Positions 34,210 to 44,305 are shown, counted from the stretch's first letter. The stretch: 64,000 nt of DNA from an uncultured virus (IMG/VR IMGVR_UViG_3300032167_000116) (IMGVR_UViG_3300032167_000116:1-64000), one strand, 5' to 3'. Program-made: numbers and translations. Notes: generated by a model from the sequence alone, not told the origin.

Positions 34210-35334
34210 TTATGGGTTGCACCTTTTACAAGCTGAATATCCATCGTCTATAAGTTCCTGCCTATCCCCCACAAACTCTGCGTAGTTTTTCGCCTTTATA
34301 TCTGCAACACTCGAACAGTATGGATAATGAAACTTCTTTGTATTCGTATTCATTACATACGCCGTTCCCTCATTCTCTGTAATAACAGACCTGTCCGGAA
34401 CTTCCACTTCTTCTTCGTAGCTATCTCCGGTTGCATAATCAATCACGATTCCCGGCTGTACATTATAACAGAACACATTGAAACATATTCCTTTTCCGTT
34501 ATCCTCTACCGACAATGCTTCTATCTGCAAGCCTTCGGCAATTAGATTGTTACCCTTATACATCGGCGTTACACGGTATAAAACATGGTTGCCCGTACTT
34601 CTAACATAATCATACACTTTATTCTCAAACGGTTGCATTCCTTGTATATTCATGTATCGTGTTCCGGTAATCAGATTCTTTTCGTTCGCGTTTTCTCCGG
34701 TCAACTGCCAACCTATCAAATGGCATCGGTTATACAAATAGAGTCCGTCAATCCCCTCATATTTTACTGTATGCCATCCTGCCGGTTTTATTTGACCGAT
34801 TTCGCCGCGCTCTCCTTCCGGTAGTAAATCCGTCCAGATGCAGGCATACGCAACGCCGCATCTTCCAAGCGCATCCAATGGGCTGTATTCCTCAAAGGAT
34901 TGTGTTGTGATTTCGTCATCCGCAAACTGCGGAATATTATCAAACACGGAAATATATGCTTCCAAGGAGTATTCCGGTATATCAGAAACGCTCAATTTTT
35001 TAGGAATAGCTGTTGGTTTTGGCGTGGCTGTCGGTTCCGGTGTTGCTGTCGGTTTCGGTGTAGGTGTAGATGTTGGCTTCGGCGTGGCTGTCGGTTCCGG
35101 TTCCACTGTTGGTTCTTGGACCGCTTCTGTTGGCTCCGGTGCTTCCGTGGCTGTTGGTGCTTCGGTTGGAACTTCTGTTGCCGCCTGCGTTGGTATCTGC
35201 CTTGTATCTTCGCCCTCTTCATCGTCCGAACCAAATGAACCGATAATACCTAACACCAAAATCACCAAAACAACAATCCACCATTTTTTCTTCTTTTTCT
35301 GCTTGACCGCTCCCATAGCACCACTCCTTTGCAT
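34210..35334 (-). CDS. Membrane-anchored DNA/RNA non-specific endonuclease (EndA/streptodornase-like) with a Pro/Thr linker and C-terminal metal-binding domain
   Basis: Basic plus hydrophobic N-terminus, PT repeats, LDALGRCG, YNRCHLIG..ENANEKNLITGTRYMN, KFHYPYC..GYSACKRCNP. Confidence 0.88.
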   Translation of the reverse strand: MQRSGAMGAVKQKKKKKWWIVVLVILVLGIIGSFGSDDEEGEDTRQIPTQAATEVPTEAPTATEAPEPTEAVQEPTVEPEPTATPKPTSTPTPKPTATPEPTATPKPTAIPKKLSVSDIPEYSLEAYISVFDNIPQFADDEITTQSFEEYSPLDALGRCGVAYACIWTDLLPEGERGEIGQIKPAGWHTVKYEGIDGLYLYNRCHLIGWQLTGENANEKNLITGTRYMNIQGMQPFENKVYDYVRSTGNHVLYRVTPMYKGNNLIAEGLQIEALSVEDNGKGICFNVFCYNVQPGIVIDYATGDSYEEEVEVPDRSVITENEGTAYVMNTNTKKFHYPYCSSVADIKAKNYAEFVGDRQELIDDGYSACKRCNP

Positions 35335-35400
35335 GAATATTTTGGTAATTTAATTATATTACCATAATATCAAGAAAAACAGTCGGAACATTTATTCGAC

Positions 35401-35436
35401 AAAAAAAGAGGGCAAGGAATAACCCCTGCCCTTTCT
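35401..35436 (-). terminator. Late-operon terminator
   Basis: AGGGCAGGGG-TTAT-TCCTTGCCCT-CTTTTTTT on the minus strand. Confidence 0.8.
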
Positions 35437-35438
35437 CT

Positions 35439-35687
35439 TTACTCCGCTTTTTCAAGGTCTGAAAGTCTATGATTCGCCACTTTCATTTGTTCATCAATAA
35501 CTGCTTCGTGTTGTTCCAACCGATACACGCGCTCTATAACATTATTATGTTTGTCAACGCGCTTTGTAAGTTCGTCCAACTTATATTCTATCAGATTCCT
35601 TGTCTGCTGCTGCTGAAAGTGATTGTTTACAATGCACACGATAAGTGTTACTACACCCCCGATGCCTGCCGCAATTATTGTTTCCAT
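35439..35687 (-). CDS. Small membrane/coiled-coil protein typical of phage lysis cassettes
   Basis: N-terminal TM segment; LIEYKLDELTKRVDKHNNVIER...KVANHRLSDLE. Confidence 0.75.
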   Translation of the reverse strand: METIIAAGIGGVVTLIVCIVNNHFQQQQTRNLIEYKLDELTKRVDKHNNVIERVYRLEQHEAVIDEQMKVANHRLSDLEKAE

Positions 35688-35713
35688 GCCCTGTTTATCC
35701 TTTCTTTTGTGTT

Positions 35714-37654
35714 TTATGCTCTATACCCTATCGCAATCCATCCTACGGAAGTATTCGTTGCGCCGTTTCGTGTCACATAGGCATCGAAGCCCGAAACTGT
35801 GATATTCGCCGCCGCATTGCCGGAAACCGATGTTCCCGGAACCGTGGTGATTGCCGTTGTAAGTACCATCGGAATTGATGTGTAAGCTGTGGAGAATGTC
35901 ACCGCCTTTGCTGTCGGTGTATTCGCAACAGGCGTTATTGATTCAACGCCCCATTGAATCAGAAGCCCATTTGAAAAGAAAACCTTTCCGGTCCTGCTTC
36001 CGTGTGTCACCGGATCGGATGTGACAAATTCATCACCGCCGTTTGCCCTTGTAACCTTTACATTCGCATCAAATACAAGATTCTGCGTACTGCTTAAATA
36101 ACGCCAAATGCCGTGATTTCTTGCAGAATCCCAACACCCGATGGATGTTACCGAAGCACCATTGCCGCCGTACAGTTTGCAATTATGTACATTCGTAGAA
36201 TCTTCCGTGGTTTGGAAGTACATATTCTTTTCATCATTGGAACGCTTTAAGCCGCCCATAAATAAATCACGGTAGAAATCGACTGGCATATCAATTTCCA
36301 TTTGGTTTTCCTGCTCCGATACTTTACCGAAGGCAATGCCCTTTCCGGAAGAATGGAAATCAAGCAGGGTGAACGCTGTCGGTACTTCCGCAAACGCAAC
36401 AACGCTCCCGAAATAGTCCGTAATAGTCAACCGCATATCATACGATGAATCAATCGGTGCGATATCCGAAAAAATCCGGGTGGTGTTGATGCTGTAAGAA
36501 TTGCCGGATGCAAGCGCAGTCCATTCCGAAGCCGCTTTTGCCTTATACTCGAACAAATAGGAATTGCTGTTTTTATTCCCAACCGCAGAAATGCTCCAAG
36601 CATAGGCGCAACTTACCGATGTACTTTCGTAATTCTGTGAACCGTCCGCATTCGCACGGAATACGGAAAACTTCGTGATTTTCGGTGCCGTGTATGCCTG
36701 CACCGTGATTGTGGTACTTTTGGATGCCGTTCTGCCCCTGCTGTCCGTGACTGTGGTTGATATCGTCACCGTACCGGACGAAGTAAGCACCCCGGATGTA
36801 AAACTGCTCCCGGTGTAGCTTTTCCCGGCAACCGTGGTTTTGTAGGTCTTAATCGTGGAAGAATAACTCCCGGCGGCGGTGATTGATACCTTCGCCGTGG
36901 ATTTATTCTGCACATAGCCCCCAAACTTCGCAGAAAGCCCGGAAACGCCTTCCGACACCGCAAGGGTAGAAATGCTAGGCACAACCGAAGAAGGCACCTT
37001 CGCGGTAAAGGAAACGGTCTTGGTGCCTATCAGTGTACTTCCGTTGTATGTCTTGCAGGTGATGGTGCAGGTTCCGGATGTTCCGTTTGGAATTTGGCTT
37101 GCAAGGCTTAAAGGAACCGTCCATGCTTTGGATGTTCCAAGTTCGCTTCCGATGGTTCCGGTTGCGCTCCCGAATTTATATGTCAAGGTATGTTCGAAAC
37201 TGCTCGAAGCTCTCGGCATATTTATCGTGATGCTTGCACCCATGTTCACCGAAGATGCCGATACTGTCGGCGTGGTTGCCCTCGGAATGGTTGTCAACGC
37301 CTGCGAATAACTCTGCGAACTGGAAGAAAACTGATCGTGCGTTATCCGGGCGGATGTAGCAAGTGTTTTCGTACCGTCCGCGTTATGCGTGATATTCATT
37401 GTCCGGGAGAATAGCACGATTCCCGAAGATGTGATTTTATCATCCGATGTGATTGCCGCTGTGTACTGCGTGCCGTTTATGGTGCAATACACCGTTCCGG
37501 TGCCGTATGTGGTATATCCGGTGTTGGTACGGTATACCCGGACCGAAACTGTCACATTGGAAGTATTATTCGCCACGCTTTGGCTGTTTTGCGTTATGGT
37601 AATTTTGTACTTGATTTTATCATTTGTAGTAGACATTGCACTTGATGTTGCCAT
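35714..37654 (-). CDS. DUF859-like minor tail/receptor-binding protein with a C-terminal fibre domain (module A)
   Basis: QSVANNTSNVT, LTTIPRAT, VTDSRGR, GIAFGK and LLIQWG motifs. Confidence 0.8.
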   Translation of the reverse strand: MATSSAMSTTNDKIKYKITITQNSQSVANNTSNVTVSVRVYRTNTGYTTYGTGTVYCTINGTQYTAAITSDDKITSSGIVLFSRTMNITHNADGTKTLATSARITHDQFSSSSQSYSQALTTIPRATTPTVSASSVNMGASITINMPRASSSFEHTLTYKFGSATGTIGSELGTSKAWTVPLSLASQIPNGTSGTCTITCKTYNGSTLIGTKTVSFTAKVPSSVVPSISTLAVSEGVSGLSAKFGGYVQNKSTAKVSITAAGSYSSTIKTYKTTVAGKSYTGSSFTSGVLTSSGTVTISTTVTDSRGRTASKSTTITVQAYTAPKITKFSVFRANADGSQNYESTSVSCAYAWSISAVGNKNSNSYLFEYKAKAASEWTALASGNSYSINTTRIFSDIAPIDSSYDMRLTITDYFGSVVAFAEVPTAFTLLDFHSSGKGIAFGKVSEQENQMEIDMPVDFYRDLFMGGLKRSNDEKNMYFQTTEDSTNVHNCKLYGGNGASVTSIGCWDSARNHGIWRYLSSTQNLVFDANVKVTRANGGDEFVTSDPVTHGSRTGKVFFSNGLLIQWGVESITPVANTPTAKAVTFSTAYTSIPMVLTTAITTVPGTSVSGNAAANITVSGFDAYVTRNGATNTSVGWIAIGYRA

Positions 37655-37663
37655 TTATGCCCC

Positions 37664-39253
37664 CTACAATTTTTTAAATGATAGATTGCCGTTCTCTCTC
37701 GGAATGAACGCGAAGTTTCCAAGCTGTAAAGAATGCAGAAATTCGCCATCCATCACATACAGTTTGCTGTTGCTGAAATATGCCACTTCCAACCCGGAAT
37801 CAAGGAATGATATTCGGTCATTCTCAATCCGCAAAGTCAAAGTGTTTCCATCTTCGCCTAGGACTATATTCCCATCGACAAAGCGGATGTATTTGCTTAT
37901 TTCCTCAAACTGTGCATCCGCGCCTGCTGCCACATCATTGATGTTCTGCGAAAACTCCGTGAACCGGATTTCCACATCTTCCGCAGTCTGCGTGATTTGG
38001 TTTGTCACCGAAGAAATGATTGCATCGGTATCTTCCTTCAAATACACTTCTTCCATGATTGTTGATGTGATGCTTTCCGAAGTAGCAAGGATTTGTGCGG
38101 ATAGTTTTGTTTCCGTTTCTAATAGGCTTGTATTGACTTTTTCGGACAGGTCCGATGTAATTTCCACCGTGCGATTTTCTGCCGCGATTTGCCCCCTTAC
38201 AGCCTGTTCTGTCATGGTGTAAACAGTTTCCCCCAAGGTCAACTTGTTCGCCGCAGGTTGCAAAAGGTCAATGGATAGCTTCGTGACAAGGAACCGCTGA
38301 TTGATGGAATGCGGATTCGTTGTCACCTGCACCCACACGCCCAAATGGAACGATTCTATTTCCTTGTTTATCGTGGCAAGGTCCGCCGCCGTAAGTTCGA
38401 TACTATAAAGCATCTGCACCTGCTCCAAAAGGGCTCCGTTTGCCTTTGTAAGCAGGTTTCCCGGCTCCGTAACATCATCCCAAGTCTGCACCCGGAAAAT
38501 CCATCCGTAACGGTCCACGGCTTCTTGGTTATACACATAGTCCACACCGTTATTCACATCGACAATGGAAAGCCTGCTTTCGCTTCCTTCCAGTTTGGCA
38601 CCCAAGGGAATTATTGCTGTTGCAATATCTTCCCCTTTCGTTTCCCTTTTCAGATCGAGAAGGTTTTTACCAAACTCCACCGCCTGCGGCGCAAGCAAAT
38701 TCAATTCCGAAAGATAATCAATATAGTTTCCGTCCGGTTCATGCCGCACCCATAGGAAGCCGCCGTGCGTTTCTATCAGCTTCTTATTTATGCTTTCCCA
38801 TGTATTCAGATATTCCGAATCACTCCGGGAAATATAATCATTGGCATCCGTCACCGTGACATTGCCGACAATGAACCGCCGGGATTCTTCTACCTGCGCA
38901 TTGTGGTTTGCGATAAGCTGCGCAAACAGTTCCGCAGGCGTTCCGGTGAAGTCATACGGTCTTTGGATGGAATCAACGAAAAAAGCAAGTTCTCCTTCGC
39001 AGAAAACTTGCTTCTCGTTATAAAATCCCTGTTCATCGTTTAGGATGCGCCCACGGAATAGCAAATAATCGTCTTGGTACACCGTAACGATGGATTTCAA
39101 CCGCCGCAGGCTGTCAAAGTTCGGATGATTGTTGTAAATGGTAAATTCAAACTTCCCGATCTGATTCAATTCCAATTCTACCTTCGGGGAAAATATCATG
39201 TATTCTTCCGTGCCATCATAAAGCAGGAAAGAATCGCAGTATACACGATACAT
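37664..39253 (-). CDS. Tail endopeptidase/Tal-like baseplate hub protein (module A)
   Basis: LLFRGRIL, EFGKNLLD, TAIIPLGA and C-terminal KYIRFVDGNI motifs. Confidence 0.85.
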   Translation of the reverse strand: MYRVYCDSFLLYDGTEEYMIFSPKVELELNQIGKFEFTIYNNHPNFDSLRRLKSIVTVYQDDYLLFRGRILNDEQGFYNEKQVFCEGELAFFVDSIQRPYDFTGTPAELFAQLIANHNAQVEESRRFIVGNVTVTDANDYISRSDSEYLNTWESINKKLIETHGGFLWVRHEPDGNYIDYLSELNLLAPQAVEFGKNLLDLKRETKGEDIATAIIPLGAKLEGSESRLSIVDVNNGVDYVYNQEAVDRYGWIFRVQTWDDVTEPGNLLTKANGALLEQVQMLYSIELTAADLATINKEIESFHLGVWVQVTTNPHSINQRFLVTKLSIDLLQPAANKLTLGETVYTMTEQAVRGQIAAENRTVEITSDLSEKVNTSLLETETKLSAQILATSESITSTIMEEVYLKEDTDAIISSVTNQITQTAEDVEIRFTEFSQNINDVAAGADAQFEEISKYIRFVDGNIVLGEDGNTLTLRIENDRISFLDSGLEVAYFSNSKLYVMDGEFLHSLQLGNFAFIPRENGNLSFKKL

Positions 39254-39254
39254 C

Positions 39255-39893
39255 TTACAGCCCCCTTTCCAAATAGGTGAAGGTTGCTGTTCCGGTTCCG
39301 CCTAATAGAATGGTATTCGGTCCATTTACAAGCCGCACCCCCGGCAGGTCATAACGCCCGGCGGAAAGTGTGTAGAAATTCTCTCCGAAGGTCAAGGACA
39401 CTTCCCCGGTGATATCTATTGTCGGAATAACAGGCTTTTTGCTGTTCGTAAGAATCACCTTTGTTTCTCCACTCACTGCCGCCGTGATAACCGTTTTTGA
39501 CAGCTTCGCCCGGTACGGTTCACAATCGCAATCAATCGTAAGTTTCCCCACCGCCTTTTCCGCCTTCCATTCCGATACACTGATTCGCCCGATGTAATAC
39601 CACTCCGGGGATTCATCAAGGACAATCTGCATCTTCTCTCCGTGCAAGGCATCCTGCACATGCGAAAACAGGTCCATAAATTCCGCCTGCGGAACAATGG
39701 TTGAAAACTCAAATGATAGATTGCGATTATTATATTTCGTTTCTCCGAAAAACTCCGTTAAATCAAGAACACCATCACCGCCCGGAATGTCGATGGTTTC
39801 CGTCTTTGGCGATGGTGTGCCGATTGTCTTTTGTGAAAGGATAAGGGAAAAATCATTGAAAGAATGATAGTTTCCGAATCTGATTCCTTTCAT
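39255..39893 (-). CDS. Distal tail protein (Dit-like), module A
   Basis: 212 aa homologue of 1113..1751. Confidence 0.8.
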   Translation of the reverse strand: MKGIRFGNYHSFNDFSLILSQKTIGTPSPKTETIDIPGGDGVLDLTEFFGETKYNNRNLSFEFSTIVPQAEFMDLFSHVQDALHGEKMQIVLDESPEWYYIGRISVSEWKAEKAVGKLTIDCDCEPYRAKLSKTVITAAVSGETKVILTNSKKPVIPTIDITGEVSLTFGENFYTLSAGRYDLPGVRLVNGPNTILLGGTGTATFTYLERGL

Positions 39894-39908
39894 AAAACCT
39901 GCCTTTCT

Positions 39909-40331
39909 TTACTGCACTGCTTCCCATCCTGCCGGATATTCTTCCGGGGAATAGGTGTTGCCATTGATAAGTGACTTATACAAGGTGCCGTTGTAGTCCA
40001 CGATATCCCCGATATTGTACGCATCATGCGCCCCTGTCGGTCTGCTCCATACCGGATGCCCTTCCGCATTCAAGCCAATAGGCGTATAAAGTGCCGGATT
40101 CTCATTCGGAAGCCACTCTGCCGCGCTTGTGTGCGCCTGCGCCACGCGGTAAAGCTGCGCATCCCCGACTTCGTTTTCTCCGAAGGTGAACATTTCACCC
40201 TGCTTGTATGCCTTGCCTACTTCGTACTTCGGGAACACCGTTGCAACTTCCATTGCATCTTCATCGGATAAGGACTGTGCGAACATCTGCAATGCCCTTC
40301 TAAGCTGTTCTGCCATTTGTAATTTGTTCAT
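39909..40331 (-). CDS. Tail-associated putative carbohydrate-binding protein
   Basis: LYRVAQAHTS..W.P, WSRPTGAHDAYNIGDIVDYNG..YKSLINGNTYSPEEYPAGW. Confidence 0.65.
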   Translation of the reverse strand: MNKLQMAEQLRRALQMFAQSLSDEDAMEVATVFPKYEVGKAYKQGEMFTFGENEVGDAQLYRVAQAHTSAAEWLPNENPALYTPIGLNAEGHPVWSRPTGAHDAYNIGDIVDYNGTLYKSLINGNTYSPEEYPAGWEAVQ

Positions 40332-40334
40332 AGT

Positions 40335-40649
40335 CTACACCCCCAAAAGCACATTGATAATATCATCGGTTGTCGGCTCCGGCTCCGCTGTCGGAATCTC
40401 CGGAATCTCTCTTGCTGTGAAACTTGCAACCGTGGTTTTATCCTTGGAAAGTTTGATATCACAGAATCCCTTGGTTGCCATAATGTCCGGAACCATTTCA
40501 TCCGGAACAATCGCATAATCGGAATACGGATTTTCACCCCATGCGGAATTTGTCTGAATGTCACGCACCGCATATTCCCCGAAGGTTGCCTTGGAAATTA
40601 CGCAGAAAGGATTTGCCCTCTGCGGATTTTTTAAGATTTCTTCGCTCAT
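40335..40649 (-). CDS. Tail-fibre-associated hypothetical protein
   Basis: Homologue of 2243..2620. Confidence 0.7.
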   Translation of the reverse strand: MSEEILKNPQRANPFCVISKATFGEYAVRDIQTNSAWGENPYSDYAIVPDEMVPDIMATKGFCDIKLSKDKTTVASFTAREIPEIPTAEPEPTTDDIINVLLGV

Positions 40650-40663
40650 GGTATGCTCCTTTC

Positions 40664-41308
40664 TTATAGTCCAACATAATAGTATGTTTCTCCATTAGCA
40701 TTTACATAATCATTAATCGTTGTTATATGCAGTTTTCCTTGATAAACAGACATATTTTCGTGTCTGTTACCATTTGTATCATAAAATCCCAAGCCAGTAA
40801 CAAAAACAATTCCTTTTGTAGAAAATACCGCATATAAGGTGCTAATAGAGTTTCCAACATCAATGATTCTCTCCGTAGCACTTCCATTTCCGGTGTAAGT
40901 GCCAGTAGGCTTGTTGCCAGTGTGGAGAAGGTTATAGCTAGTTCCTCCGCTATGATTCAAGAATTTTAATCCGTCAGCACCATCAAATCCAAGATAACCT
41001 AAAACATTCCAATCCATGCCTACAAATTGCAAGTAAACAGTATCGCCCACTTTATTTTCAAGTACCATAGGGATATAAGACTCTGCCGACACTACCCCAC
41101 CGCTTTTAGGCAAATATTTCGAAAGGTCAACCGCTGTTCCTAACCTCTGCCAATATGCAGTGTTGCTGTCCGATGGTGTCTGCCCGGTGCAAGCCTGCTT
41201 GCATACCCACGATGCCCCGGAATGGTTTACAATATCAAGCATTGCGTATGTAGTGGATGCCGAATAGTCACCCTTCGGCATCAATAAAATTCTTCCTGCG
41301 TTTTCCAT
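40664..41308 (-). CDS. Putative tail fibre/receptor-binding protein (module B)
   Basis: N-terminus near-identical to 2635..3309; YLPKSGG and LLHTGNKPTG fibre motifs. Confidence 0.7.
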   Translation of the reverse strand: MENAGRILLMPKGDYSASTTYAMLDIVNHSGASWVCKQACTGQTPSDSNTAYWQRLGTAVDLSKYLPKSGGVVSAESYIPMVLENKVGDTVYLQFVGMDWNVLGYLGFDGADGLKFLNHSGGTSYNLLHTGNKPTGTYTGNGSATERIIDVGNSISTLYAVFSTKGIVFVTGLGFYDTNGNRHENMSVYQGKLHITTINDYVNANGETYYYVGL

Positions 41309-41445
41309 TATCGCACCCCCCATTCGAGATTTCCGCTTTGGTTATTTACTGCGAACACATACTTCGGTGCATTGTATTCCAAATTCCCGGTTGCAAAGTT
41401 CACAGCAAATTGTGTGTTGTGTGTTATCTGCCGGACTTCTTCCAA
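41123..41445 (+). repeat. 323-bp direct repeat, copy 2
   Basis: Matches 3124..3446 at an offset of 37,999 bp. Confidence 0.95.
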
Positions 41446-41697
41446 TGCTCCAAGGCAGGCCGATTCGCTTGCCTGTGCTGCACTCTCACTTTCTGCCGCT
41501 GCTTCCGCTGATTCTTTCGCCTGTGCTGCATTCTCTGCGGATTTTGTAACAGGCTCCTGCATAGTCAAATTCATATTGATTATGCGATTGTCAAGTTCAT
41601 CCAAGGCAGCATCCATCTTGTTCATGTTCGTTTCATTCAAGGGTGTTGCTTCGGATGGATAATTTTCATACAGGATCCGGTTGTACGCTTTCTGCAT
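41308..41697 (-). CDS. Tail-tip/fibre adaptor-like protein (module B)
   Basis: Homologue of 3309..3719; start taken at MQKAY. Confidence 0.7.
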   Translation of the reverse strand: MQKAYNRILYENYPSEATPLNETNMNKMDAALDELDNRIINMNLTMQEPVTKSAENAAQAKESAEAAAESESAAQASESACLGALEEVRQITHNTQFAVNFATGNLEYNAPKYVFAVNNQSGNLEWGVR

Positions 41698-41869
41698 CTT
41701 TTGCCACCTCACTTTCCGCTTCTGCCTGCAAGTCGATTGCCAACTTTTGCTGCACTGCTCCAAGTGTGCTAGTCAGTACCAATTCGACAACGCATATAGG
41801 CAAGCCGCTTTTGTTTATCAGATCCACCAAATCATTCCTGAATTTCTTCGTTGCTGTGTTTATTCCCAT
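41666..41869 (-). CDS. Small conserved tail-module protein
   Basis: Homologue of 3694..3891; start taken at MGINT. Confidence 0.7.
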   Translation of the reverse strand: MGINTATKKFRNDLVDLINKSGLPICVVELVLTSTLGAVQQKLAIDLQAEAESEVAKDAESVQPDPV

Positions 41870-41873
41870 GTTA

Positions 41874-43928
41874 TCACCCGACCTTCGTTTCCAATTTCGC
41901 AACTCTTTCACGCAATGAAGTGAATTCTGCCCTTGTCACCGGAACATAACCGTTCAGGGTAGAACACTCTATATCACCGGAACAACTCACGCTTCCGCAA
42001 TCAACGGTGCATGAACCGTCACCGATAATCAATGTTGTACCGCTTAAATATGCGACTGCATAAGTGTCAACATATCCGGAATCGTAAAATGTAATAAATG
42101 AGTTTCCGATTCTTGCAACACCACCACCACTTTTTGATGCTATTTGAAGCGTGTTGCCGTACATAGATATTTTTGCGGAAGAACTGCTGATCGTCACACT
42201 TCCGGAACTGTCAACCGAAAAACCACCATTGATTGTTGTATAACCTTCAAGGTTGATTTGACTTGCAGAAATCGTTATATCTTCCAATGCAACAGAAATC
42301 ATGCTTGAAACCTGCCCCTGCGTGGTCCGCAGGTTGATTTCCCCTGCAAGGACTTCAATATCACTTTGCACCGATTCTTCCAAGTTCGTCACACTAAGGG
42401 ATATTCCATCAACACGCAATGAAAGGGAAGATTCCGCACTCTGCGCTCTGCTGACTTCCGCTGTGATACTGTCGGCATTCTGTGTGATTCGAGAAGACAA
42501 GCTGCTTTCCGCACTCTGCGCTCTTGATACTTCGGAAGTGATGCTTTCCGCAGTCTGTGTGATCCTAGATGACAGATTGCTATCTAAATTTGACACAGAA
42601 AGGCTGATTTCATCCGCACGAATAGAAAGGCTTGCTTCTGCTTCCTTCGCTCTCTTAACCTCTGCGGATATTTCTTCAGCAGTCTGCAAGATTTGGGATG
42701 AAAGTTCTTTGTCTAAGTCGATAAGCTGTGACCGTGTTTCTTCCGCTGTCCGTGTCAAGATGTTCATTTTGCCCTTCAACTGCACAATGGACTTCTGCAC
42801 CGAATTCACATTGTCAGAATAGGTTTCTGCACCCTGCGCTTCATAATCATCAATCAAACCCTGAATTCCCTTCAGTGTTCGTTCAAGGATGTATGTTTCC
42901 ACAATCTCATGCTGCGTTATCATGCGGATCCCGGCACCGACTTCCAAATACGGATTGCCGATTGCCTTCACGGTTGCAGGCCTATACCATACAATGCCAA
43001 TAATGTCAAACAACCTCTGCCCGATTGCTTCCAAGCCTGCTGCATCCTTGCCAAACACAAGGAAGTTTCCTTCGATGATATATCCGTTTTCACCATTGCC
43101 GATTATGCATCCGATGTCGTTTTCTTCCTGCCTGATCTGCAACTTCCCAATGCGCTTCGTGGTATAATCTTCATACTTGCAAGATATATAGTTCTGTTGC
43201 GGAATCTTTTCTGTTCCGCTGTTATCCCTTGGGAATAAATCATCCGAAGGATATAATTCATCCGAAGGGTAAAGTCCTGTTACAATCTCCCGAAGGAAGA
43301 TATACTGCATCTTCCCATTCCGTCCGATATGCCCGAAGCATCCGTTGATTTCACAAATGGCAGAAAGCACATCTTTTCCGCTGATTGCTTCCGGATCAAT
43401 GGTCCTTTCCACCACCATTTCATCATGCGGCAGGGTGATTTCTTCCTGTTCCATGCCGAACTGCTCCATGAAGGAATCACGGAATGCCCGAAGGGTGGTT
43501 GTGCTGTCCTTTGTCGGAAGAATGCTGTTATACCATGCAGCCACATCCGCATTGATAATGTCATACATGGCATCATAGGCAACAATGTCACGATATTTTC
43601 TGTCTGCTGTCGGTTTGTCGGATGCCACCTTGTATGTGCCAAGCACGAAAGGATCCACAGCATCCCCGGCATACATCGAAACAACACAGGTTGCACCGAT
43701 CAACGGAATCACATTCCCGATGATCCGCAGCTTAAAAACCGAAGCTTCACAGGATCCGAAACGAAGTTCAGATCCTGAACAAAGACTTTCGGAAATCTCC
43801 ATGCTTTCCGACACAATATCTTCATTCTGAAGCGTGACAGAAAGATCAGGAAATGACACAAGCAGCCGCTTTGGTACTCCCGACTGCTTGAAAAGGTCCT
43901 TGTATTCTTTTGTGTCTGCCATCGTCAA
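41874..43928 (-). CDS. Tail-tip/baseplate hub (Tal-like) protein (module B)
   Basis: 684 aa homologue of 3895..5781 with extra 25-aa SSRITQ..EVSRAQSAESSL repeats. Confidence 0.75.
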   Translation of the reverse strand: MTMADTKEYKDLFKQSGVPKRLLVSFPDLSVTLQNEDIVSESMEISESLCSGSELRFGSCEASVFKLRIIGNVIPLIGATCVVSMYAGDAVDPFVLGTYKVASDKPTADRKYRDIVAYDAMYDIINADVAAWYNSILPTKDSTTTLRAFRDSFMEQFGMEQEEITLPHDEMVVERTIDPEAISGKDVLSAICEINGCFGHIGRNGKMQYIFLREIVTGLYPSDELYPSDDLFPRDNSGTEKIPQQNYISCKYEDYTTKRIGKLQIRQEENDIGCIIGNGENGYIIEGNFLVFGKDAAGLEAIGQRLFDIIGIVWYRPATVKAIGNPYLEVGAGIRMITQHEIVETYILERTLKGIQGLIDDYEAQGAETYSDNVNSVQKSIVQLKGKMNILTRTAEETRSQLIDLDKELSSQILQTAEEISAEVKRAKEAEASLSIRADEISLSVSNLDSNLSSRITQTAESITSEVSRAQSAESSLSSRITQNADSITAEVSRAQSAESSLSLRVDGISLSVTNLEESVQSDIEVLAGEINLRTTQGQVSSMISVALEDITISASQINLEGYTTINGGFSVDSSGSVTISSSSAKISMYGNTLQIASKSGGGVARIGNSFITFYDSGYVDTYAVAYLSGTTLIIGDGSCTVDCGSVSCSGDIECSTLNGYVPVTRAEFTSLRERVAKLETKVG

Positions 43929-44305
43929 TTCTCCTTTAACTTAACAGGAATTTCACCATACCGGATTCTGCCCGGCAGTGCGTATTTGTGCTGATTCTTC
44001 ATGTCATCCACACGGAACACTCCCATCTTGTATTCCCCGGTTGTGTCATTCCAATATTCCACAGACACATTCCGTCCGGTAGAAAATGCAGAAATGAATG
44101 CAGTGTGTTCTTCCATGTCGTGTTCCCGGATGGTGAAACCTATTTCCATTTTCTTGGCCGGACTTAATTCTTCATGGAATCCACCTGCTGCATCGTAGTA
44201 TGAAGAAACAACCCTTGTTGTCGGTGTAGCATAATAACTGCCCCTCTTGATCATCAGATCGCTGATGACAGTGCCATTGATTTTGATTCTATAACCCTGA
44301 TACAT
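43925..44305 (-). CDS. Small distal-tail-like protein (module B)
   Basis: Homologue of 5778..6152. Confidence 0.6.
   Translation of the reverse strand: MYQGYRIKINGTVISDLMIKRGSYYATPTTRVVSSYYDAAGGFHEELSPAKKMEIGFTIREHDMEEHTAFISAFSTGRNVSVEYWNDTTGEYKMGVFRVDDMKNQHKYALPGRIRYGEIPVKLKEN

Larger units (their letters stand above)
3124..41122. mobile_element. Phage 1: complete ~38.0-kb temperate siphophage genome, circularly permuted inside the tail-fibre gene
   Basis: Contains one full set of packaging, head, tail, lysis, replication, lysogeny and integrase genes. It is bounded by a 323-bp direct repeat and has a uniform GATC/GGCC-poor, GCG-rich style by eye. Confidence 0.7.

Noticed and set aside
35010..35190. 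Repeat array of GTTGG/GTCGG units
   Set aside because: It encodes the Pro/Thr linker of the nuclease.
33736..35440. Host chromosomal DNA between two prophages
   Set aside because: Only an AP2-like gene and a nuclease moron are present, with no housekeeping genes, and the att-like site is symmetric.
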